A stretch of DNA of 64,000 nucleotides from Gammaproteobacteria bacterium. GTDB lineage: Bacteria; Pseudomonadota; Gammaproteobacteria; Pseudomonadales; Pseudohongiellaceae. The stretch covers positions 90,887 through 154,886 of the forward strand of contig JAQWPL010000024.1 of NCBI GenBank assembly GCA_029245395.1, read 5' to 3'. Shown piece by piece: positions 56,902-64,000 of the stretch (the stretch's first letter is position 1; each line of letters starts with the position of its first letter). The position numbers and the translations under genes are program-made. The notes under the pieces were generated by a model. The model did no database searches. It was not told where the DNA came from and saw only the letters and a list, made by a program, of their open reading frames with translations.

Positions 56902-58560
56902 ATGACTGCAGAAAATATAATTGTTTCAGGTGAAGACCTGACTATCGACGAAGTAGTGCAGGTGGCACGCAACGAGACCAACGTAGCTATCTCAGATGAT
57001 TCGCAGGTTCAGGAGCGGGTCAAAAAATCCAACGAATTCATTCTCAAAGCCGTGGAGAATAATAAACCCATTTATGGGGTTACCAGTGGATTCGGGGCCC
57101 TGGCCTACAAGACGATATCCAAAGATCAGGCTATTGAGTTGCAGAACAATATCCCCTGGTTCCATAAAGTAGGCACCGGTAACCGCCTGCCTGTTGAAGA
57201 TGTGCGTGCGGCCATTCTGGTCAGAATGAATTCCCACTTGCAGGGAGCGTCCGGTATTCGCATGTCCATGATTGAGCGCATGGGCACTTTCCTGAATGCA
57301 GGCGCGACACCGGTCGTGCGTGAATTTGCTTCAATAGGCGCCAGCGGGGATTTGTCACCGCTGTCCTATATTACCGCCTGTCTTATCGGGCTCGATGAAA
57401 GCTGGAAAGTGGATTATCAGGGCAGGGAAATAGGCGCACAGTCCCTGTTAAAAGAACTTGGACTGGAACGGGAAGAGTTAGGTCCCAAAGAAGGCCTGGC
57501 CATGGTCAATGGGACTTCCGTGATGACGGGCATTGCCGCCAATGTGGTTTACGATACCCGGAATTTACTGGCACTTTCGTTTGGAGCCCATGCCTTGTTG
57601 TTCCAGGGACTCAATGCCACCAATCAGTCTTTTCACCCCTTTATCCATGCCCGCAAACCTTTTCCCGGGCAGGTGTCCGCAGCGCAGGTCATGCTGGATT
57701 TGTTGACTGGATCCAAATTGATTGAGGATGAATTGGGAGGTCAGCATGAATTTCGCGGCGGTGATGAGCCCATCCAGGATCGTTATTCCCTGCGCTGCCT
57801 GCCGCAGTACATGGGGCCGATAGTGGATGGCGTGCGACAAATAGCCGAACAGGTGGAAATGGAAATTAATGCCGCCACTGACAATCCTTTAATTGATGAA
57901 GCTGAAGGCAACACTTATCACGGTGGCAATTTCCTGGGGCAGTACATCGGCGTCAGTATGGATCAGTTGCGCTACCACATTGGTATGCTGGCTAAACATC
58001 TGGATGTTCAGATCGCCATGGCGGTAATGCCGGCATTCAGTAATGGTTTGTCCGCCATGCTGGTGGGAAATGCAGAAAGGGTCGTCAACGGTGGCATGCA
58101 GAGCTTACAACTATGCGGCAACTGCATCATGCCGCAATTACAGTTTTACGGAAATTCCCTGACCACTCACTATCCCACTCATGCAGAAGGTTTTAATCAG
58201 AATATAAATTCTCAGGGCTTTGGTTCGGCCAATCTTGCCCGGCGTTCTGTAGACATGTACCAGCAATACATTGCAATAAGCCTGTTATTCGGTGTGCAGG
58301 CAGCTGAGCTACGCTCAAAAATTATGGTTGGGCATTATGATGCCAGTCAGACTGTCTCGGAAAAAACACTGCCGTTATACAGTGCAATTTATGAGGTTAT
58401 CGGCCGTGATTTTGATGAGAAACAGGCGTTGATCTGGAATGATTATGAGCAGGGAATGGATAAATATATTGAAGCAATCACCAATGATATCCGCAACAGC
58501 GGCGCTATAGTGAAGGCGATATCAGGAATTGCGGCTAGACTGAATACCCCAGCCCCTTAA
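56902..58560 (+). CDS. MIO-dependent aromatic amino acid ammonia-lyase, cyanobacterial PAL-like
   Basis: MIO tripeptide in SIGASGDLSPLSYI. Long colinear similarity, from memory, to Anabaena/Nostoc PAL (GVTSGFG, QDRYSLRCLPQY, TDNPLID, YHGGNFLGQY, FNQNINSQG). Confidence 0.85.
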   Translation: MTAENIIVSGEDLTIDEVVQVARNETNVAISDDSQVQERVKKSNEFILKAVENNKPIYGVTSGFGALAYKTISKDQAIELQNNIPWFHKVGTGNRLPVEDVRAAILVRMNSHLQGASGIRMSMIERMGTFLNAGATPVVREFASIGASGDLSPLSYITACLIGLDESWKVDYQGREIGAQSLLKELGLEREELGPKEGLAMVNGTSVMTGIAANVVYDTRNLLALSFGAHALLFQGLNATNQSFHPFIHARKPFPGQVSAAQVMLDLLTGSKLIEDELGGQHEFRGGDEPIQDRYSLRCLPQYMGPIVDGVRQIAEQVEMEINAATDNPLIDEAEGNTYHGGNFLGQYIGVSMDQLRYHIGMLAKHLDVQIAMAVMPAFSNGLSAMLVGNAERVVNGGMQSLQLCGNCIMPQLQFYGNSLTTHYPTHAEGFNQNINSQGFGSANLARRSVDMYQQYIAISLLFGVQAAELRSKIMVGHYDASQTVSEKTLPLYSAIYEVIGRDFDEKQALIWNDYEQGMDKYIEAITNDIRNSGAIVKAISGIAARLNTPAP

Positions 58561-58601
58561 CAATAAGCAGGCATCAAGGATGATGTCAATACATTGTATT
58601 T

Positions 58602-58890
58602 ATGTTAACGTTTGAATGGAATCAGGCAAAAGCTCGTCAAAATTTCTTAAAGCATGGTCTTTCATTTACTGAAGCATCTACTGTTTTCGATGATGACAAA
58701 GCAAAGTTGTATTTTGATCCGGATCATTCTGAAAATGAGGAAAGATACATTTTGTTGGGTCTGAGTAATTAGTGGTCTGCTCTGCGTAGTTTGTTTTACT
58801 GAAAAACAAACGGATGTCTTAAGAATTATATCAGCCAGAAAAGCGAACAAGACAGAATCGCTGGTTTATTTGAAAGGGTTATACAGATGA
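58602..58890 (+). pseudogene. brnT: BrnT-family (DUF497) toxin gene with a frameshift
   Basis: Frame 1: MLTFEWNQAKARQNFLKHGLSFTEASTVFDDDKAKLYFDPDHSENEERYILLGLSN, stop at 58770. Frame +1 continues ISGLLCVVCFTEKQTDVLRIISARKANKTESLVYLKGLYR, stop at 58888-58890, overlapping the brnA ATG. Confidence 0.7.
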
Positions 58891-59108
58891 GAAAACATTA
58901 CGATTTTTCTGCAATGGATAGTAAAAAAAATCCATACGCCTCAAAAATAAAAAAACCAGTAACCATGCGCTTGAGTGAAGAGGTGGTAGATTATTTCAAG
59001 GCAATGGCCGTGGCATCTGGAGTGCCCTACCAGAGTCTGATAAACCTTTATTTAAAAGATTGTATCGACCAGAAAAGAAAAATTGACATTAACTGGCGCG
59101 CCAAATAA
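58887..59108 (+). CDS. brnA: BrnA-family antitoxin (RHH/CopG-like)
   Basis: MRKHYDFS...KKPVTMRLSEEVVDYFKAMAVASGVPYQSLINLYLKDC. Confidence 0.8.
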   Translation: MRKHYDFSAMDSKKNPYASKIKKPVTMRLSEEVVDYFKAMAVASGVPYQSLINLYLKDCIDQKRKIDINWRAK

Positions 59109-59139
59109 ACGCTAGTTGATGCATAGTTAATGAATGGAA

Positions 59140-60843
59140 TTAGTTAATCGAGAGATTCTGACCAGGATAAATCAGATTGTTGTTGAGACTGTTCCAACGT
59201 TTGATGTTTTCTACTGACACCCCAAAACGGCGGGCGATGATGCTCAGGTTATCGCCCTGTTTTACCAGGTAAGTAGTGATAGGGGTGGCGGCTACAGAGT
59301 GAATAGTCAATTCCTGGTTGATATAGATGGTTGTTCCGCGGATATTATTCCACTGCTGGATATCCCTGACTGAAATATTAAAGCGTTCTGAAATCTGGCC
59401 AAGGGTGTCGCCGCGACGCACCTGGTAAATGGTCGGAACTAAAAAGTCATCTTCGACATCCTGGCTTAGACTGACGGCCATCAATGGTGCCGCTTCGGTT
59501 GAGCCGTTAAGTTCAACCAGCTGGAATTCATCCTGCAACTTAATAGGCCTGAACAGGTTTTCTCCGTATACCACTGAAGTCTTTTCACTATTTGCCAGAC
59601 TGATATCTGTGGAAATTCCACCGCCGGGAATCAATAATTTTTGGTTGGGATAAATTAGGTGTCCCCGAATGCCATTAACAGCCCTAAGTTCCTCGACGTT
59701 AGAATCAAAGGATCTGGCAATTGAGTCAAGGGTGTCGCCACGGCGAATGACATATTCGCTGGGAGAGACTTTTTCCTCTTCAGGAAGGTTTTCAAAAGCC
59801 CTTACGAAGCGTTCAAAAGTATCCATGGGTATGCGCAGGTCATACGCTGCAGCCTGATCCGGCAGGCTGGCTTTAATTAATGAAGGATTCAGATTTCTGA
59901 TTGTAGCCAAATCGGTGCCAGCAAGCATGGCGGCGGCTTCCAGGGACAATAAACCATTAACTTTCACAACATCGTAGCCAATTTCCTGGCCAAAATTTTC
60001 TGCCTGAATGCCATACATTTTCGGATTGGAAACTATCAGAGCTGCCGCAATAAACTTGGGAACGAAGCCGCGTGTTTCCCGAGGCAGAAAGGGATAGATT
60101 TCCCAGTAGGACGGGTTGTCCTTTATAGACTTACCGGCGCGACGAGCGGCACGGGTGATACACCGGTAGCTGCAGTTATAACCTGCCAGAACCAATTCCC
60201 AGTTGCCGTTGTAACTTGTATAGAGCTCCTTGAAATGTCTTGCCGCTGCACGTGTTGCTTTTTCCGGGTCGCGTCGTTCGTCGACCCAGGTATTTATTTC
60301 CAGCCCTGAACCTTGTGCTGTGCCATACATGAATTGCCACATACCAACGGCGCCAGCAGAGCTTCTTACGGTTGGACGCAGGCCACTTTCCCCAAGAGCA
60401 ATATATTTGAGTTCGTCAGGAACGCCTTCCTCCTCAAAGATTTTTTCAATCATTGGGAAGTAGGTGTGACTTCTTTCAATCCAGACGTGCAGCAGTGTGC
60501 GGCGATTTTGCAGATAATCATTGACTGCCCGTTCAACAACGCTATTGGCAGTCATTTTAATAGTGGGTGTTTCCGGCAGTTGCTCTGCCTGTTTAATAGC
60601 ATCCTCTTCAGTTATTGGTTCCTGAACACCATCAATATTGACTTCGCCGAGCTCGCCGGCTTCTTTGACCAGTGATTCCACAATGAGATCTTGGGGCGCA
60701 GGTCGACTGTCACCTGAGGCGGCACTTTCCTGAAGGGGAGGGGAGTCTGTCTGGAGGTAGCTACAAGCTGTGCTTGCAGTAATGACCAACGCGATAAAAA
60801 TTATTTTGCAGCTTTGTTTGTAATAACTTATTGGCACTAACAA
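59140..60843 (-). CDS. mltD: Membrane-bound lytic murein transglycosylase D-like lipoprotein (SLT domain + three LysM)
   Basis: Lipobox ITASTAC; SLT motif IALGESGLRP..AVGMWQF; three LysM units (YVIRRGDTLDSIARSF, YQVRRGDTLGQISERF, YLVKQGDNLSIIARRF). TTG/GTG start. Confidence 0.85.
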   Translation of the reverse strand: MLVPISYYKQSCKIIFIALVITASTACSYLQTDSPPLQESAASGDSRPAPQDLIVESLVKEAGELGEVNIDGVQEPITEEDAIKQAEQLPETPTIKMTANSVVERAVNDYLQNRRTLLHVWIERSHTYFPMIEKIFEEEGVPDELKYIALGESGLRPTVRSSAGAVGMWQFMYGTAQGSGLEINTWVDERRDPEKATRAAARHFKELYTSYNGNWELVLAGYNCSYRCITRAARRAGKSIKDNPSYWEIYPFLPRETRGFVPKFIAAALIVSNPKMYGIQAENFGQEIGYDVVKVNGLLSLEAAAMLAGTDLATIRNLNPSLIKASLPDQAAAYDLRIPMDTFERFVRAFENLPEEEKVSPSEYVIRRGDTLDSIARSFDSNVEELRAVNGIRGHLIYPNQKLLIPGGGISTDISLANSEKTSVVYGENLFRPIKLQDEFQLVELNGSTEAAPLMAVSLSQDVEDDFLVPTIYQVRRGDTLGQISERFNISVRDIQQWNNIRGTTIYINQELTIHSVAATPITTYLVKQGDNLSIIARRFGVSVENIKRWNSLNNNLIYPGQNLSIN

Positions 60844-60934
60844 ATCTCACTATTAAGGAAGAAAGTCCAATTATCCATGAATTATTGCGAAGGGGTAACA
60901 AATAAATTGAGAAATTTTTGCAATTGTGAAGTAG

Positions 60935-61411
60935 TTACTCTTTATCTGCTTCAATGCCATATTCGTCCTGGTATTCTTCGACTCGTTCAGAAAGGTTTTG
61001 TGCGGCATTTCTAAATGCCGGATTGTTCTCCAGCAATTCCATGGCCTTTTCACGAAGCTGACTGTTCTTCTCCGTTAGTATTGCAGAAATCATGTAATCG
61101 ACGCCGGATAAACTCAGTGTGGCAGCCGTGGAAAGTTCATCGCGCATGTATTTTGTTTGGCAAATCCGCTCCTTGATGATTGAGCCGACTACTCGCTCAT
61201 ATTGGCACTCTATCCTGAAATCCTCATCATCTACGAGATCGTTAAACAGGGCATAGAATTGGTTTTCTGCCTGGTCGACCTGAAGCTGAAGATTGATTCT
61301 ATCTCTGCTTGCTTCAACAGTAATTTCTTCAGGCAAGATATCATCTTCTGCCGCGATACTTGGTTGAAAGAGCAGAGTTGATAACAGGACCAGGTATGCA
61401 GTTTGTTTCAT
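60935..61411 (-). CDS. Hypothetical exported protein
   Basis: Signal MKQTAYLVLLSTLLFQPSIAA; no recognisable motif. Confidence 0.55.
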   Translation of the reverse strand: MKQTAYLVLLSTLLFQPSIAAEDDILPEEITVEASRDRINLQLQVDQAENQFYALFNDLVDDEDFRIECQYERVVGSIIKERICQTKYMRDELSTAATLSLSGVDYMISAILTEKNSQLREKAMELLENNPAFRNAAQNLSERVEEYQDEYGIEADKE

Positions 61412-61428
61412 ATTTGATACCAAATGTA

Positions 61429-62448
61429 TTAACCAATTTGTATGACGACTTTACCTAAATGCGCCTGACTTTTGAAGTAACCGACGGCTTCTACGGTGTC
61501 ATCAAAATCAAACACCTTGTCTATAACGGGGTGGATATCATTGGTTTGAATTGTCTCGTTCATTGTTTCAAACATACGGCGGTTGCCAACAAATATGCCA
61601 TGAATGCTACTAGCCGTCATCATCAAGTTGCGTGGATTGCATTCACCTTCAGGTCCCGCAAGAACTCCTATCATGCCAATTTTTGCACCCAGACCCAGGC
61701 ACTGCATTGACTTGCCGATGGTGCCAATGCCGCCAACTTCCACAACGCAGTCGACTCCTTTGCCATCTGTGAGTATTTTAACTTCTTCTTCCCAGTCAGG
61801 ATGCTCGCTGTAGTTCACCAATGAGTCAGCGCCCAGTGCTTTTGCTTTGTTAAGCTTTTCATCGCTGGAAGAAGTGATGATGACTTTAGCGCCCACGGCT
61901 TTGGCAAATTGTAGCCCGAACATGGAGACGCCACCGGTGCCAAGCAGCAGCACGGTGTCATCGGCACCAACTGGCGTGCCAGCTTCCATCATGGCATGCC
62001 AGGCTGTTACAGCAGCGCAAGGCAAACAGGCGGCTTCTTCAAAGTTTAAATTGCCGGGTATGTGTACTGCATCGTCTTCTTTGTAAACAGCATATTCACT
62101 AAGTACGCCGGGTGCAGAATGACCCAGGGCCGGATTGATAAAGGGGTTGGCAGGGCCGTCTATCAGCCCCTGGAAAAAAGTGCCTGCCACTTTATCGCCG
62201 GGCTTGAAGCGGGTAACTCCTTCACCTATGGCTTCAACTTCCCCTGCACCATCTGATCCCAAGATGGTATCGCTTTGTACCGGGCCACCAAAGTACTTAC
62301 CAGCAATAATGCCCAGGTCACGAAAATTCAAGGATGCGGCATGCATCTTTACCAGAATGTCTCCAGGACCAGCCTGCGGTTTTTCCAGTTCAACTTGCTC
62401 TAAACCTTCAATGGAAGTACTGCCCGCTTTTAATTGATACGCCTTCAT
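61429..62448 (-). CDS. MDR-family NAD(P)H quinone oxidoreductase / alcohol dehydrogenase-like
   Basis: MKAYQL..GPGDILVKMHAASLNFRD; cofactor fold LLLGTGGVSMFGLQFAKAVGAKVI. Confidence 0.8.
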   Translation of the reverse strand: MKAYQLKAGSTSIEGLEQVELEKPQAGPGDILVKMHAASLNFRDLGIIAGKYFGGPVQSDTILGSDGAGEVEAIGEGVTRFKPGDKVAGTFFQGLIDGPANPFINPALGHSAPGVLSEYAVYKEDDAVHIPGNLNFEEAACLPCAAVTAWHAMMEAGTPVGADDTVLLLGTGGVSMFGLQFAKAVGAKVIITSSSDEKLNKAKALGADSLVNYSEHPDWEEEVKILTDGKGVDCVVEVGGIGTIGKSMQCLGLGAKIGMIGVLAGPEGECNPRNLMMTASSIHGIFVGNRRMFETMNETIQTNDIHPVIDKVFDFDDTVEAVGYFKSQAHLGKVVIQIG

Positions 62449-62598
62449 AATGGGTTTGCCCACACTGTAAATAGATGTATTAATAATAAAAAATTGGCAT
62501 GCATCATACCACGCTGTAGTAGATAATTGGGTGGTTACCAAGCATCGCTAAGTGCTGCCTGTGGTATTATTCCCTCCCCCTTAATTGCACAAATGCCC

Positions 62599-63627
62599 AT
62601 GAAAGTTCTTGGTATTGAAACCTCTTGTGATGAAACTGGCATCGCCCTTTATGATAGTGAAAAGGGACTCCTGGCGGATGCACTTTATAGCCAAATAGAA
62701 TTGCATCAGAAATACGGTGGGGTTGTTCCCGAGTTGGCTTCTCGCGATCACATCAGAAAAACGTTGCCGTTGATCCGGGAAGTTCTGGATAAGGCTGACT
62801 GTGCATTAAGCGATCTGGATGGCATTGCCTACACAGCAGGCCCGGGTCTAGCTGGTGCGTTGCTTGTAGGTGGGTCTATTGGCAGATCGCTGGGGATGAC
62901 GCTGAATATTCCAGTCATTGGAGTGCATCATATGGAAGGGCATCTGCTGGCCCCATTGCTGGAAAAAAACGGCCCGGAATTTCCCTTTGTTGCTTTGCTG
63001 GTCTCAGGGGGGCATACACAGTTGGTGGAAGTACCGGAAATCGGTCGCTATACCGTGATGGGCGAATCACTGGATGATGCCGCCGGAGAAGCCTTTGACA
63101 AGGTGGCGAAAATGCTTGGCCTGCCTTATCCCGGTGGCCCTCATGTGGCAAAACTTGCGGAACCTGGTACTCCAGGACGCTTTGATTTTCCACGCCCAAT
63201 GACAAACCGTCCTGGCCTGGATTTCAGTTTCAGTGGTCTTAAAACTTTTACAATGAATACTGTAGAAAAAAATAAAGTGAATGGTGTGCTTGATGAACAG
63301 ACTCGGGCAGATATCGCCTGGGCATTCCAGGAGGCAGTGGCTGATACGATGGTGATTAAATGCCGACGCGCGTTTAAACATAGTGGGTTGAAGCGGCTCG
63401 TGATGGCTGGTGGTGTCAGTGCCAATTTACGGTTACGTGAAAAACTGGCAATAATGGCCAAAGAAGAAGGTGGGGAGCTGTACTACCCGGGTTTTGCCTA
63501 CTGTACTGATAATGGAGCTATGATTGCCTATGCCGGATGCATGCGTTTACTAGCCGGCCAGCAAGATGATCTCAGCATTTTGGCGAAACCACGCTGGAAC
63601 CTAGAAACACTGCCATCACTGTCTTAA
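62599..63627 (+). CDS. tsaD: tRNA N6-adenosine threonylcarbamoyltransferase
   Basis: [19 protein letters not shown]; [12 protein letters not shown]; SGGHTQL. Confidence 0.95.
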   Translation: MKVLGIETSCDETGIALYDSEKGLLADALYSQIELHQKYGGVVPELASRDHIRKTLPLIREVLDKADCALSDLDGIAYTAGPGLAGALLVGGSIGRSLGMTLNIPVIGVHHMEGHLLAPLLEKNGPEFPFVALLVSGGHTQLVEVPEIGRYTVMGESLDDAAGEAFDKVAKMLGLPYPGGPHVAKLAEPGTPGRFDFPRPMTNRPGLDFSFSGLKTFTMNTVEKNKVNGVLDEQTRADIAWAFQEAVADTMVIKCRRAFKHSGLKRLVMAGGVSANLRLREKLAIMAKEEGGELYYPGFAYCTDNGAMIAYAGCMRLLAGQQDDLSILAKPRWNLETLPSLS

Positions 63628-63685
63628 AGTATTAATTATTGTAGGGGCGCTGGTTGGGTGCCCAAAGTAAATAAAGAGGTGGAAA

Positions 63686-64000
63686 ATGGAAATAGTTTAT
63701 ATTCGTGGTCTTGAGGTTAGAACTGTAATCGGCGTATTTGATTGGGAACGGGAAATTCGCCAGCGCGTCACGCTGGATCTGGAAATGAAATCAGATTTCA
63801 GCAAGGCAACTGAAAATGACGAAATTGAATATGCCCTGGATTACAAGGCTGTCTCAAAAAGACTTACTGCCTATATAGAAGAAAGTAGTTTCAAGTTGCT
63901 GGAAACGCTGGGTTCCAGGATAGCTGATATCGTGCAGGAAGAATTTGATGTGGCCTGGCTGCGCATGGAGTTGGGAAAGCCCGGAGCTGTTACAGGCGCC
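63686..64000 (+). CDS. folB: Dihydroneopterin aldolase (3' end off window)
   Basis: MEIVYIRGLEVRTVIGVFDWEREIRQRVTLDLEM...DYKAVSKRL. Open to the window edge, so absent from the ORF track. Confidence 0.8.
   Translation, partial: MEIVYIRGLEVRTVIGVFDWEREIRQRVTLDLEMKSDFSKATENDEIEYALDYKAVSKRLTAYIEESSFKLLETLGSRIADIVQEEFDVAWLRMELGKPGAVTGA

Overview
The window looks like a marine gammaproteobacterial chromosome; that taxon is my inference from the RpoD, DnaG and TsaD sequences. The right third (about 48.3-64 kb) is conserved core: tRNA(CAT), a LysR regulator, dsbA-like, an ECF sigma/anti-sigma pair, rpoD, dnaG, yqeY-like, rpsU, tsaD and folB. Small accessory insertions interrupt it: a retropepsin-like protease, a cyanobacterial-type aromatic ammonia-lyase, a frameshifted brnT/brnA module, mltD, and a quinone oxidoreductase. 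The left 48 kb is accessory-like and encodes mostly exported enzymes. These include a tannase/feruloyl-esterase homologue, alpha/beta hydrolases, a type-B carboxylesterase, an MBL hydrolase, a Rieske oxygenase and two IorB-type molybdoenzymes. It also holds a PFOR gene coupled to a GltD-like gene, a TTT transporter with a PhtD-like decarboxylase, a DUF1592/DUF1552/ankyrin trio and a G8/CEMIP-like protein. The most striking signal is an uncharacterised secreted two-module family that recurs throughout 2.9-39.8 kb. I count five N-modules and eight C-modules, as split genes in both orders, as three N-C fusions and as one pseudogene fragment. Every N-module is predicted to mature to an N-terminal His-His and carries an invariant NPH (MPH in one copy), which I read as a candidate histidine-brace-type metal site. 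Other structure: (1) a 23-nt copy of the tRNA 3' end at 26970-26992, in direct repeat with the intact tRNA at 48317-48393, bounding a 21-kb integrase-less island that contains an IS3 remnant; (2) a dispersed hairpin repeat with a conserved loop (GGGGTCAGAGTCAC-like) and variable stems; (3) MITE-like direct repeats flanking an MFS transporter; (4) an 8.4-copy heptanucleotide tandem repeat that fills the gap between the anti-sigma and dsbA-like genes. No CRISPR array, rRNA, intact transposase, integrase or recognisable defence system was seen. All calls come from reading the sequence and translations by eye; no searches were run.
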